Positions 49,751 through 64,000 of a stretch of 64,000 nt of DNA are shown in pieces. The notes under the pieces are model-generated. The model saw nothing but the letters and a program-made list of their open reading frames with translations. It was not told the origin of the DNA and did no database searches. Made by a program: the position numbers and the translations under genes. Source of the stretch: Eledone cirrhosa. Its lineage: Eukaryota. The stretch spans positions 145,204,001 to 145,268,000 of the forward strand of contig OZ024741.1 in the NCBI GenBank assembly GCA_964016885.1, in the 5' to 3' direction. Every line of letters begins with the position of its first letter. The first letter of the stretch is position 1.

Positions 49751-50477
49751 TCATCATCATTTTACGTCTGCTTTTTCCCTGCTTGCAAGGTTGGGATGGG
49801 GCCTATTCAGCACAGCATCTCTCCACCTGTCACGGTCCTTCGTCATCTTCTCTGTGAGATTCAGCAACTGCTCTCACCACCTCCACCTATGTTTTTCATG
49901 GTCTACCTCTACTGCATCTTCCTTCTACTGCGTCTTCCTTCTACTGGCATTTCTTGGCATTTCTTTACCCAGCAGTCATCCTCCATGCGCATCACATATC
50001 CATACCATCTCACTCTTCTTTCCCGCACACCACAACTTATTCCTCTTATACCCAGTTTCTTTCTCAACTCATCTATGCTTGGTCTTTCATGCACATTGAC
50101 ATTGCACATCCAATGGAGCAGGCTTGCTTCATTTCTCTCCAGCAGTCGCATATCCTCTGTAGTTGCTGCCCATGTCTCACTACCATGCAGCATCGTGCAT
50201 CTCAAACAGGCATCATATAACTGGCCTTTCGTATGCAGAGAGAACCCTCTGTTGACAAAGAAACCCTTCTTTGTCAACAGAGGAAGCAGCTCCCGAAATT
50301 TCTTCCAACCCGTCCTTATTCTAGATACTATGGCTTCGGAACATCCCCTTCCCATGCTAATCTGATCACCTAGGTACCGGAAGCTATCAACCACTTCTAT
50401 AGAACCCACCTGCATTTGAAAAATGTGTCTATCACTGCGTTATTACTGTCAAATTTCCCTGTACATCTACTGCATAC
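49751..50477 (-). mobile_element. RTE family C 3' fragment
   Basis: ORF 49909-50415 with FRYLGDQISMG...WKKFRELLPLL; tail at 49751. Confidence 0.93.
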
Positions 50478-51034
50478 GGAGGTGTGTTCCGAGGCCATAG
50501 TATCTAGAATAAGGATGAGTTGGAAGAAGTTTAGGGAGCTGCTTCCTCTGTTGACAAAGAAGGGTTTCTCCCTGCGTACGAAAGGATGGTTATATGATGC
50601 CTGTGTGAGGAGCGTGATGCTGCATGGTAGTGAGACATGGGCAACAAATGCAGAAGATATGCGACGGCTGGAGAGAAATGAAGCCAGTATGCTCCGTTGG
50701 ATGTGCAATGCCAATGTGCGTGAATGAGTTGAGAAAGAAACTGGGTATAAGAGGGCTATGGTGTGCAGGAGAGAAGGCTGAGATGGTATGGACATGTGAT
50801 GCGCATGGAGGATGACCACTGGGTAAAGAAGTGCCAAGAAATCCCAGTAGAAGGAAGATGCAGTAGTGGTAGACCACGTAAAACATGGGCGGAGGTTGTG
50901 AGAGCAGACCTCAGACCGCTGAAACTCACCGAGGAGATGACAAAGGACCGTGACAAGTGGAGAGATGCTGTGCTGAATAGGACCTGTCCAACCGTTGCAA
51001 GCAGGGAAAAGCGCACCTAAAATGATGATGATGA
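50478..51034 (+). mobile_element. RTE family C 3' fragment, head-to-head with the previous copy
   Basis: CSEAIVSRIR...VLNRTCPTVASREKRT plus (GAT)n. Confidence 0.93.
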
Positions 51035-51434
51035 TATATATATACATATACATACACACACATATATATATATACATATATATACATACATATACACACA
51101 CACATATACACACATACACACAAACACACACACACTTATATATCTATATATATAATCATCATCATCCTCATCATTTAATTTCTATTTTTCCACGCTGGCA
51201 TGGGTTAGACGAGTTATCCTGTTGTTAGCAATGTCCGGTCAGGTCACTATTTCATGCTCATACAGAACTGATTTTGGCTTGCTCCTACAGCTGGATACCC
51301 TTCCTAACACTAACCTCATTTACAGTGAGTACTGGGTGCTTTTTGTCATGGCGCCTACACAACCACTTTGGGTGCTTTTTGCTGTGCCATTACTTTAAAG
51401 GGGGATAAAGTTCCATACAAATCAAAGATTACAA

Positions 51435-52100
51435 GTAAAAAGTAAAAGTTGAAAAATTTGAAGTTGAAAAAAGTCACTTCATTTCTGTGTATTGAGAATA
51501 TCTGAATTTATCTAGAAGAATTATTCTTTTTATATAGTGTATACTTGGTGTGATAAATAAATACATACATATGTATACGCCTGGACATAATGGAATCTTT
51601 GTGTGGGTGTGGTAGTGGGATTTCACCAGTTGGTTAAATTTTAATTGAATTTCTTTTTATAAGGTCCCTCTCTCTCTGCGTATGTGCATGTGTGTGTGTC
51701 TATTGTGCCAAGTGGATGAATAGTGGTATATAGTGGTCGAAAGTTCAAAGTTTTTTTGTGGATTGAAAGAAAGACAGGAAACCAGAATTAGCCAGAGATC
51801 TCTTTTTGAGATAAAAATATATATTATATATATATATTTTTTCTTTTTTTTCAAAAACAACCATTACTCCAAAAATAGATCTATGACAAATTCTGATTTC
51901 CTGTCTTCTTTTCAACCCACAAAAAAACCTTGAGCTTTCGACCACTATATACCAATATTCATTCACTTGACACAATAGACACACACAAAGAACAGTATAT
52001 ATAAAGAATGATTCTTCTAGATAAACCCTTATATTCTCATTACACAGAAATGAAGAGATTGTTTTCAACTTCCAATTTTTCCAATTTTAATCTTTGACAT
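51435..52100. mobile_element. Fold-back PLE-like pLTR pair with degenerate HHR
   Basis: 51690-51810 is inverted to 51867-51987, and 51450-51540 is inverted to 51990-52090. Motif agaaga-atcat...gtggtc-GAAA-gc-UC. Confidence 0.65.
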
Positions 52101-52314
52101 TTTTAATTTAATATTTGATAAGATGAATTTACTCGTCAAAACTGGCAATATTTTATAAACACCCTTTTTTTAAAAAAAAATGTTATTCTGTTGGATTAAA
52201 GTAAATAGAAAAAAAAAGAAAAAAAAGATGCTTTAAATATACTTCCATGCTGTTTCCACTGTTACTTTTTACACACACATATATATATATAAATATATAT
52301 ATATATGTAAAAAG

Positions 52315-52819
<505 letters not shown>

Positions 52820-52904
52820 TATAGATATATATTCGTATCGGGTTGATGGCTGAGAAAATGGAAGTAGAGTTTAATATTAATTTATATTAAGGCTAAAAAG
52901 TGAA

Positions 52905-52954
52905 TCTTGTTACTCTGGAGTTTCACCTGTTTATCACAGGGTCATCAGACAAGA
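52905..52954 (-). ncRNA. Compact type I hammerhead ribozyme with a canonical core
   Basis: Minus: ucuugu-CUGAUGA-c-ccugu(gauaa)acagg-u-GAAA-cuc(ca)gag-UA-acaaga. Confidence 0.85.
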
Positions 52955-53939
52955 GTTCTTGTCTGATGACCCTGTGATAAACAAGACTCACCTATTAGCC
53001 TTAATACATATGAATATATACTTACAAGCATGCACACACACTCTTTTACTTACATATACACACACATATCCTCTTAGTTTTGTACGAACGTTTAATAACA
53101 CACACACATGTAACCACAGGTGCAAATGTATAGCTCTATATACAGAATGGTTTTTTCCCATTCAAATTTATGTGCTCCAACATACACTTTTCTAAATAAG
53201 TATATCATTCATTTTTTCATGCTCAGAGTTGCTGAAACAAACTACCTGCATCAGTTGTTAGCTGCCAAGACACTGCATCCTTTAAAATCTCCATGCTTCC
53301 TGAAATTCACCAACACTACACTTGATATTCCACCTCCATACACATGCACACATGTATATCTTGACTCATACACTGTTCACTTTCCTGACATTTGTACATT
53401 ATTCTATGTACTATACATGTACCTTTGATGAGTTGTATTGCACCTGAGCACTGTACACAATAATTTCATTATTATTATTATACACAAATCGCCAGCATCA
53501 CCAGTTTTCTAAGAGATGGCAACATGTATGGACCTATTACTTTTGTGTGCCCCATTATTTTTATTGGCTGGCTTCTAAATGTTGTTAAATTAAAGCATTG
53601 TTATGGTTATTTTTGTATTCTTTGGCAGATTTTATTTTTCATTGGTTGTTTTTCAATAGATGCAGGATGTCATTTATTTTTTTAAATTCTAATGATTGTT
53701 TTTTATGGGTCAATGTTGTGGCTGCTTTGATTGTTTGTGTAATAACATAAATATATCCTGTTTTCCCAAACTTCTTTACCTGTATATCACTTTTCATTGG
53801 CCAATTAAGTAATTATCATGCCGTCACTTGTCAATTGTACCATTATATTCCATTTCACAAGGGTCATTATTTTTCAATTCAAAGTGTCCTGTGACAAGAG
53901 ACATAACAATTTGAAGGACTATGCATACTAAAGAAAAAA

Positions 53940-54400
53940 CTAAGCGGCATATTCAACCTGTGTTGAATAGTACTATAGCAGTGCAATGTCCTATCAATTG
54001 TCTCAAGTTTGGGCAGAAAAACTATTTATAACAAAATGAATAGCTTCAAATAATTCAAGCAGAACTAGGAAAAGAAACAGCAGCTGGTTACACTCACTTT
54101 TCAAACTAAGCATATTGTCAAATGTAGAAGACATCCTAATACTAATCACCAAAATACTATAAGACTAACAGGAACAACACAAAAAGCAGCTAGAAACCAA
54201 ACACTTGTTATCCAAGACATAAATAACCATATATTAAAAAATCCCAACTCAAAACCGTGCCTATTAAGTGGAAGTTGCATACAAAAGAAGTAAAACAAAC
54301 AATACATACACTCATTTAACAATATTTACAAAGAGATCATATCTCTTTCAAATGTTATTTGAGATTTAAGTGAGAATAATATAAATATAAACTTGGCAAT
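53940..54400 (+). mobile_element. Very degraded PLE relic related to the 47210-48690 type
   Basis: KPCLLSGSCIQK and HSFN..Y motifs, with many disruptions. Confidence 0.4.
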
Positions 54401-55175
54401 AATAGACATAAATTATTCCATGATATAACAAGGGTGTACTTCACTAAAATACAGGATTATGCATCACTTATGCTTTCTCAACAGAAAAAATAAGTTATCA
54501 CATTACAAGTACTTCATTTTTGAAAATTGGTCCAAACTGCAAAGAATAGATTTTTCCTCAGATTTGGCTGCTATTTTAGTAGGATGAAGCTTTTTTTGGC
54601 TTGAGGCACATAGTTGATTTTATTTAATCCCTAGTCAGTCTTGAATAAACAGATATGTGATCAAGGGATTTCTAACCATGGTTACACCATTCTTCTTCCA
54701 GGTATGGAATATCGAAAGCTATCAATAGATTTCTCTTTTTTCAAGATGACAGGATGTGATTTTAGTGACTTTGGCTTCTATTTCTAGCAAATTCAATGAC
54801 AATTTAGAAGCTACTGTGTTGGTTTGGGGCCATTTTGCTTCACAGCTAATGTGACAAGAGAACACTTACTTTTTGGTTGTAGTAAAGTAATATAACAAAT
54901 GTTTATATCTTTCTCATCAAGGATTACATTCTACTTAAATTAAGTGTAACGATGTGGTGTGGGACATTGTGCTGAGGAGATCTGAGAAGGACTACTGATG
55001 ATTGAGAATTTATAGCCAGCATGGGCAAAAGTCGCAGCTAGAGTGGCTAGTACTAAGTAGAGAAGTGAAACACCAAGAGACAACATCTATCAATGAACAT
55101 AGGTTTGCTGGAAGCTATGGAAATAGAAGAGCTGACTAATGAAAAAGAATTTCTCCTCAGGATATAATAAATTGA

Positions 55176-55179
<4 letters not shown>

Positions 55180-55257
<78 letters not shown>
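55180..55257. repeat. (GA)n microsatellite at the start of a purine-rich tract to ~55545
   Basis: Direct inspection. Confidence 0.95.
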
Positions 55258-55260
<3 letters not shown>

Positions 55261-56679
55261 GTGAGGGAAGAAAAGCAGACTAGTAGGAAAGGAAGAATAA
55301 ATAAAATGGGGATGGAAAGAGTAAGGGGAGAGAGAGAGAGAGAAAAGAATGAGAGAGTGATAACAAGGAAAATGAGAAGAGAGAACAAAAGAATGGAATA
55401 GAAATAGTGAAATAGAAAGTGAGAGAAGAATGAGAGAAAGAAATAGAGAAATGAAAGAATTAAATGGAGAGGCAGGAAGAGAAATGACCGAGTTGGGGGT
55501 AGAAGAGGAAATGAGAGAAGAAAAGAGAATCAAAGAATAAGATCAAAAGGAATCCAGCCAGTCTGTGTAACAGTTGAAAAAATGGAAATACACCCAAACA
55601 CATACACACACACATATCTACACATACACAATCTCAGACTCACAAGCACACACACTAACCTGCACAAACACATGCACACCATCACTCATTTACACAGACA
55701 TGGATGTGCACACACACAAAATATATATGCATATTGATAGTGAAACACATTTATATACAGTGTTATTCACACACAACACATCCCATATACATGTACACAC
55801 ACAATCACTAGTTACCGAAATCTACAAAAACATTGCATATATATACACATGCCCATCCCCACAGTGTCTGCATAAAACATGGTAAAACAGATGTAAAAAT
55901 GATGTCATGATTATGATGATATACATACATTCATATATATATATATATGAGTTTGTGTATGTTTGAAAGTGAATGTGTTTGTATGTCTCTTACTGGATAT
56001 ATATATAGATATGTTGTGTGTAAGACGTGTGAGTATATATACTTATATATACATACACACAGACACCCACATACAGGAACATATTAGCACACATACATAA
56101 GCATGCACACAAGCCCAGGCCCCAAAAGCATTCATGTCCTGCTTTGCAGAATTTATTTTAGAATCTCTGCTTCTCTCCATCCTTACCAGCTCTTCTTCTG
56201 ACATACCATCTCTCTATTATCCTCTATGACATGCTTCTCTATCTCAACATCTTCCTTGCAATCGCTCTCTCTCTCTTCCTTACATGACCTCTCTATCTAG
56301 CTTTATCTTGCTACATTTATCTCACCTTTTATCAACCCCCCCCCCCCCCCCCCCCCCCCTCCCCATCTCAACTTTTCTTTTTCAGCACGTTCGAAGTTTC
56401 TCTTAACTCTATATATTAGTATAGTTTATTTCTAGTCTTGAAATAAAGCTTCACAATTCTAGAAATGAGGTCCATAGTTTCAAAAATAATTGTTGAACCT
56501 CTGTTGGTACTGATTAAGCTTGTTGCAGTTGTTTGAGTAATGTTACAGCCTGCTTAAAAAATCAACATGCAAATAGTTGAGCATTTTACAAACACATGTA
56601 TCCTGAATGTATTTCTCAGGAGATTCATTGTGACCCAGTATGTTACAAGGCTATTATTTTTTCAAGTAAACATAACATA

Positions 56680-56830
56680 GCCAAATCGTTAAGGTTTGTT
56701 TTCGCAATCATTAAATCCCAGATTCGATCCCACTGTGTAATTTTTTAGGCGAGAGTCATTTACCACAACCTTAGGTCAACCGAAATATTGTGAGTGAAAT
56801 TGGGTAGGCAGAAACTGTTTGAAAGACTTC
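56680..56830 (+). mobile_element. Old SINE, third family (ccttgtgagtg.a.ttggtag.cggaaactg-like 3' part)
   Basis: Related fragments at ~1600-1640, 27820-27890 (-), 35560-35670 (-), 37468-37540, 57415-57530. Confidence 0.5.
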
Positions 56831-59800
56831 TGAATTGACTATACCTGTAATTCAACTTTGAAACACACTACTCATATGTCACACGGAATCTTTCTGAGAA
56901 ATACATTAACTCTGTATTTACTATTATATTTTCACGATAAACACTTTATCTCACATAATTATCTCAGATAATATTGTATCTATGAGATTTTGATATCATT
57001 TATTTGAGAACAATACCTTAACATCAGTATGAACGGCTGGTTACAGCTGTTTGAACAGAAAGAGATGAAAGAATTCCAGTTTAAATGCTAAAGGATTAAG
57101 TGTAAAATGACTCTAGTGTCAATATATATTGACCGTTGTCTTTCCCCTTGACAACATTGGTGATGTGGAAAGGGAATACTAGTGACAATCTAGTTTACAT
57201 AGTACATAACACTTGCCCTGAATAAGTCATCTTCTGACATGGGAGACACACGCACATGACAATTTTTGTTTTCTCTTGCAAACTAAGCAGTAGATGTCAT
57301 CAATTCATTTAGAATATTTTGTATATGTTATTCAGTACATCATCCCCACCTAATTAGCTTTTTTTTTCTTGGATGTATTATAAAATATTATGTCCTTTTC
57401 ACTGCTTACCTAAAGCCATACGTGGCATATAGCACAGAAGTTTGTTTTGCAACCATAGGATTTTGAGTTTGATCCTATTGTATGGCATCTTGAGTTGATA
57501 TTGAGAAGACAAAAACTATTTGGAAGCCTATCAGATAGATTGTACTAGCAATTCAAAGGGCCTGTCTTGTCATGAGGATTTTCACATTGAATCATCATCA
57601 TCATCATCATCATTTTACATCTGTTGTTCCACTTCTACCCAAGTCCTCTTTGATCTTCCTCTACTATGGCTTTCCTTCACTTGGATTACTTGACACTTCT
57701 TCACCCAGTCACCTCTCTTACTACATCTCATTCCTCTTATACCCAATTTCTCTCTCAGTTTGTCTATGCTTTGTCATTCTTGTACATTAATATTGCACAT
57801 TCATCAAAATAGGCTTGCTTCATTTCTTTCCAGCATTCGCATATATTCTCTGCATTGTGCACATCATACGGAATTTATGTTTACTCTTTTTCTCCAGATC
57901 AAGCAAGGCCACTTCCATGATGGGATCAGGGCCTTATCTTCTTTCCTCCTTATTAACACTTTGGTTTCTGCTAAGTTTACTCTCATCTTTTTTGATTCTA
58001 AGTTCTTTTTTCAGAATTACATTAAAGATATGCATGTTTTCAGAATACTCAACCACTTTCACGTTAATTTTAGGAGTAGGTTGTCCAATTGATCAAGCAA
58101 ATGGAACACTGATTGTTAAATTGAATGGCAGTTCATTCTATTCTGGAGTCAATGGGTGTTTTGGGATTTACAACATTACACTGTAATCCAGGTGACCTGA
58201 TTGAGGCTGATCATTCTGAATCTCTCTAAGGTTTCCATTAGGGGTTCATGTATCAGTGAAATGCTCAGCTACTTGCATATTAATTTCATAAGTATGCTGC
58301 CCTGTTGATCGAACAACTGGAACACTTATCATTGAAGCTGATAGGGATTCATTTGCAAGGGCATGTGTTCTCTATCATTTTTAGTCTGGATATATTTCCC
58401 CTACAGCAAGAGGACATATAAATGTTTTACTTTATTTGCTATCCTTTCTTTTTATTATCATTGTGCTGGTTGTTGTTGCTGTAGATGCCACTGTTACTAT
58501 GGCTTTTAATGTTGTTGCAGTTGTTAATGTCACATTGTTCTATACTCTTGTTCATATTATTGTTGATGTTGGTGTTGCTATTAATGTTGGTATTATCACA
58601 ATTATTTTAAGCAATTATTTCAAATATTTTGTTTATATCTTCCCACAGTGAAGTAAAATAGCACTGTGACTACCACTATTATGAAAATCCCACCCCCTGC
58701 AGCTATTATTGAAAATATATTTTCAGTTAGAACATTTTTTTCTATCTTGAAAAATAATAGAAATAATAAATATTTTTCACTCCAAATGAGGACTACATAT
58801 AACAATTTACCTCACTACTTCTTCCTATATGTATTTACAATATATAAAAGGCTATAAATCATAGTTATGTTTGAGAAAATATATATCTAAATGATAGCTG
58901 TTTCAGAACATTTTTTCCACAGTAAAATTCAGCAATAGTAGTAATAATAGTTGTTGTTAGACCTCTGTTGTTTCCGATGACAAGTGCTCCAGTTGATTCA
59001 ATCAACAGAAATACCTGCTCACGAAATTAACATGTGGCTATCTTTCCACAGATATGTGCCTCCTACATAATTCTCAGGGAGATTTAATGTGATGTAATGT
59101 GTGACAAGGCTGACTCCAATTGCAGGTACACATTTTCACCAGCTGATTAGACTGAAGCAACATGAAATAAAGTGGCTTGCTCAAGGACATAATTAGCCAC
59201 CCAGTCAAGGATGATAATGGTTATGATGATAATTTCATTTTTCTCCATGGAATTTGATGAATGTGTCAGTATAGAGACTGAATACAGTATAGAGACTGAA
59301 TACAGAAAATATTGGAGTTTACATGCAAATTGGATGTAAATAAAAACTGAAATGAATATACAGTATAAAAATATGTGACACTGTGTCTCAGTGAGGAAGA
59401 GTTTTACCTACAGCTAATCAAAGAATCCCACAAATCCTATATTACTGTATGAAACAGTTTCCCAGAAAAGACGATGCCTATCCACCGCTAATAAAGTAGT
59501 CCCACAAGTCGAGGATCACTTTGTGTCAAAGAAGTCTCTTAAAGAAGTGGCCCTCCGTTTCAAACCAAACAAGGAATTCCACAGATTTTGGATCAAAATG
59601 TGATACAGTTTCTCAGAGAAGAGGACTGTTGCCTTGAACTACTGAAAGAAACTCACTGTTCCAGAATAAACCCGACTATCAGAGGCAAGCACCCTCACAT
59701 GTGTAATTTCCCTAAATCATGTATTATTCTCTCTCATGAAAGGATCGGAACTTCACATATTGACATCATTTTGCTTGGATTAAAAACTTGAAGCTGTCCA

Positions 59801-61299
59801 CTGATGAAATTCTCTAAAAACTCATATGGAAGGATAAAATACAAAACTTACCTTGGCAAGATTTGAACTTAGAATGTTAAGTGAAACAATAAAATACCAC
59901 AAGGAATTTTGTCAAGTGTTCTTCAGATTCTTCCAATCCACTCCTGCTACCCATTCAAATTTGATAGCGATAAAATTTAATTAATGACATTTATTCTAAA
60001 GAAAATTTGAATTTCATTTTGAGTTGAAAATCCTCTCTTTAAGTGTATTTTGTAATACAACTTATTGTTAAAAATATAGATTTTAGTTGAGAGACTGTAA
60101 AATAATCTTGTATAAATGATATGTCTCCTTCTATAATAACCATGTTAATCAGAAGAACTTTGCCCTACTGAAATATATTTTCTTTTTCGTCTTTCTTTAT
60201 TTTTTCTTCTTTCTTTCCTACTTTTTAAAAAATATATTATTATACATTTTTTCGATAATTTCAGTGTTCTTTGATATTCAACAGAGAACAATCAACAAAT
60301 TTAGTTGAAGTGAGTAGCTGAAAGCAAAGAAATTATCTGCCAATTGGATAAATGTAATAGAAAGCCAAAAAGAATTAAAAAAAGAATGAAAGATAGACAG
60401 ATAAGTAGAGAGAGAGAGGGGGGGGGGGGGGGGGGGGGGGGAGAAAGAAAAAATTCATCAGAAAATTTAAACTAATTAGATAATTATGTGCTGGAATTTG
60501 ATGCTATATGGGAATGAGAATATTAATAATGAAAGGAATTAATCGGTATGACCTTTAGAATTTAAATAATAATAGATTTCATGGTGACATTAGCTGGAAT
60601 ATAAACAAAAACAGGAAAAAAAAGGAAAATGTATTTGGTTAAAAACTATTATTATCATTTTTAATATTTTGTTCATTCATTTGTCAATACGTATTGCACA
60701 TTGCTCCTGTAAGTTTATTATTTCTATTGCTACTCAAAATTATATATTGAACATTTGTTACTGCTTCATAGATCAACTAAACATGATCTTAGGAAGCTGG
60801 TTAGGTTTTCCTCTATAAACCCCATGGGCTAAATCAGGGTTTGTTTAGCAAACAGACCCTCAAATATTGTTAAAAATAGAATGATGGCAGTTGAAGAATG
60901 TTCAAGAATGTCCATCAGTTGAAAAGAAGAGTCAGCTATCCACAGAACAGGAAAATTGTAAAGATTAGTAACAGTAGCAGCAACAACAACAGCAACAACA
61001 CAGAATGGAAAAAGTATGAAACTAATTTCCCCACTGCAAAAAATTTCAATGCCGCCATCACCATCACAGGATAAAAAAAACAGAATGCCAAAAAAAGCAA
61101 GAACACTCCACTATAACAGCAAAAAATATTACAGAAACCCCTATAAAAATAAAAAATAAATAATCGTCACACAGACAACAACAACAACACAAATGGCAAC
61201 AAGAGAAAAGACAATAACAACAACAATGACCACAGCAACAACATTGACAACAACGACCACAGTAACAACTATATTTGTAGCAACGGCTGCCAAAGCAAC

Positions 61300-64000
61300 A
61301 GAACTGTTCATCATGAACATTATAGAAAAGGAGTTATGTTTGACCCATGTGCCCAAACTAATAAAAATAGAACCATTCGCCCGAGGTGTTGGCAGAACCC
61401 TCTCACCTCAAAAAAAAAACTATGATCTACAAATGTGTGTCCACAAAAATGAAACGGCCAGAGCCAGAAAATCAAACAAAAAGGGAAGTGAAAGAAGTAA
61501 TCCCCAATATTCAGCATACTGCAATGGCCAGACAATATGCAGGCATTTCAGTTCTCTTTAAAAGTGAAACTCTGGCCATTAAACACTCCATGGTGTTAGA
61601 GCAATAAGCATGTGCTTTACACATCTTATTTAGGAAGAAGAACCGTAAGGATCATGATTTCAGTGATCTCACCCAAAGTGAATATCTGGTGGATATTGGA
61701 CTGCATCATCCTAGAAGAAAGGAACACTCTACGGGAGGTGAAAAAAAAAAACAGATGAGAAAGCTGATCTGGGATCAAACCAAATGACATCCGCAAGACA
61801 ATAGATCTCATTCACTTTCAAGGAGAGGTGGACCTGCATGTTATGTTTGAAGGAAGATGACTTCATTGTCACCTGTGTGGGCAAACTGTTCTCTTAAGAG
61901 CTTTCTTCTCTCAACAATACCCCTTTGCTGCTAATACCAGGACCCCCAAAAGCCACAGCAACAACAACAACAGCAGCACCAACCTCGGTTGCAGCAGCAA
62001 AACCAACTGCAAATCCAACAACTGCAACAGCAGCACCAACACCAGAAAAAAAAAAACAATGACAGCAGAAGGAACACTACAACTATTAACAATAGAGAAT
62101 GTGAAACATACCCAGAATGTTATCAACGAAGCACTGCCTCTCCCTCTGTCTCGCTGTCTCCTCTAAACACAAATACATCCATAGACACTCACACACACTC
62201 TCACCCATATCAGAGACAGAATTCACAAACACAGGTCCTCCTCATCATCAGGATGTGGGGGGACCCTGAAACCCCCACCAAAACAAAAAATAAAACACTC
62301 ACTCAAAAATGATCTTCCCTCATGCTGACACACTCTCCAGAAAGCACAGAAAACACGTCCACAACAAATACTGACACATCTACTACAACACCAAAGCCTC
62401 CAACACAATAATCGTCAATGCAATTAATGCTACCACCATCCCTACCATAACTACCCACAAAACGTAAACCCACACAACAACATGAACCAACCACACAGAA
62501 ACCAAACTTAATGCTAGTGACGAGGTCTAATGAGGAATTGATGGCACTCATAGCATGAAGTAAAAATAGCGAGAGAGATGAGGAAATTTTTGGCACCAGG
62601 ATTTTTAAGGTGCCACAAAATGACCCTTTAATGTTACTGGGTACTGGAATGGCATCTTAGAAACATGCTGGACTGTATGAGAGTAGCTGATAGAAGCATG
62701 GGGTTCAACAGTTTCAAGAACCTTATGAGGCAGTTACAAATCTCTGACAGGCACCGGCTAGATTTCCTAAATGTACCAGTGTGGATATAGATCAATGACA
62801 GAGTGTTATCTATATCTTATTTAGATAGGTTTTTTATTGGGTTAGCAGAAAGGGATAGCATATAATGTTTACAATTTCAAAGGGTCGTCTATACAGACCA
62901 CAAACTCCTGATCTGCATGGTTGACCTAGATAGAACACGTAGACAGGGACTCAGTTACTGGAAGCTTAACACATCATTCCCAGCACATAAAGCCTACAGT
63001 GACTGGATTAGCACATTAGTTAAGAATCAGTTGTCAGGATCATTTGTCAACAACAAGTGGTGGGGTAGTCGCAAGAGAGTGATTAGAGTAGAACTAATAG
63101 CATTTAATAAATAAGTAGTAAGAAGAAAAAATAGAAAAGTGGAAGTTAGTAGCTAAATCAGAAGAGGCAATTAGGAGTGGCATTGCAAATGACATACTAG
63201 CTGTGAGAATGGCACTAGACCATTTCTTCAATGTGACACATGAAGGCTACATTGTCAGAGCTAAAGCTATGTACTCTAAGAAATGAACAAACAAAATCTG
63301 TTCAATGGGTCTGAATGGCAGAGGCACAGTGTAACATGAAAACCAGAGCTTGGGCTTTGATGGTCCAAGACAGGTGCATGCTACTTAGTTTCAAGCAGAT
63401 GTGTGCAGTCTTTTAGCAGCACTTTACACAACTGTTCGGAGTGAGTGGGGGATCGGAGATGGGAGTCGACTACAGTTCCTACTGTGACGGCCAGTCACAA
63501 CTCTCTGTGGCTGATATGGAGTGCTGCAAAAAGCCAATAACAGCAGCTGAGATTCGGGAGGCCTTAGCCAGTTCTATGAGACAGAAACCGACTATGAGTT
63601 ATATATATACATGCCAGCTGTTTTCTCCAAGCTCCTTGAAGCCATCTACAGTAACTGGCAGCAGAAGGTGGGTATTTACAGTTCATAGTAAGGCTGATGA
63701 GAAATGACAAGAGCACAGATGAGGTTATAAATAATTTCTGGTCAATAACTCTGCTCAACACAGTTTAAGATTTTGGCCAAAGTGCTAGCAATGAGATTGG
63801 CACGTGTCATCAAGAGTCTGCTGGGAGAGGTGCAAATATGTGCAATCCCGACCAGTTCCATACACGATAACTTCCACTTCTTGCAATATATCATAGAAAG
63901 GGCAGGGAATAAACCTGTCTTCAGTGGTGCTCTGATCAGTTTGGATCAATCAAGATATTTCGATAGGGTTAATCATCAATACCTGGAAGCTCTCATCAAA
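61300..64000 (+). mobile_element. L1/Tx1-clade LINE relic (ORF1 Zn-knuckle, APE end, RT start), runs off the window
   Basis: FEGR.LHCHLCGQ; YTDHKLL, GLSYWKLNTS; NFWSITLLNT..ILAKVLA.RL, Q.CAIP..SIHDN, LISLDQS..FDRVNHQYL, with many stops. Confidence 0.82.

Noticed and set aside
58070-58190. AG-preceded open frame GVGCPIDQANGTLIVKLNG as an exon
   Set aside because: Resembles the interspersed repeat also at 58200-58330 (-) and 58975-59100 (ccagttgat..atcaac.gaa).
59380-59830. Non-repetitive, less AT-rich segment with splice-like ends on the minus strand
   Set aside because: Stops in all minus-strand frames and no recognisable motif in the short plus-strand ORF; cannot be supported as coding.
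61141-62410. Thr/Gln-rich ORFs
   Set aside because: Low-complexity (CAA)-rich parts of the decayed L1/Tx1 ORF1 region, not a host gene.

Overview
AT-rich metazoan genomic DNA, most likely intronic or intergenic. The (TA)n density and the SINE/RTE repertoire suggest a cephalopod such as Octopus (inference). No host gene is identifiable; two possible short exons are weak candidates. The window is almost entirely layered retroelements. (i) At least three young RTE-clade LINE families with (GAT)n tails, mostly 5'-truncated and inserted in (TA)n tracts, one with an uninterrupted RT+PHD-finger ORF. (ii) tRNA-headed SINEs that share 3' modules with those LINEs. (iii) Many Penelope-like elements (PLEs) with GIY-YIG remnants, pseudo-LTRs and hammerhead ribozyme (HHR) motifs. 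(iv) A Buster/Charlie hAT transposon nested in a PLE. (v) Old CRE, L2/CR1, I/Jockey-like and L1/Tx1 LINE relics. The most notable item is a non-coding, retrozyme-like element at 25710-26581. It has two near-identical ~280-bp direct repeats, each carrying a type I hammerhead with a compensatory U3:A8 core variant and a palindromic stem III, predicting a 591-nt self-excised and possibly circular RNA. A sibling element and several fold-back HHR elements lie in neighbouring (TA)n tracts. All family assignments and structures were made by eye, without database searches or folding software.
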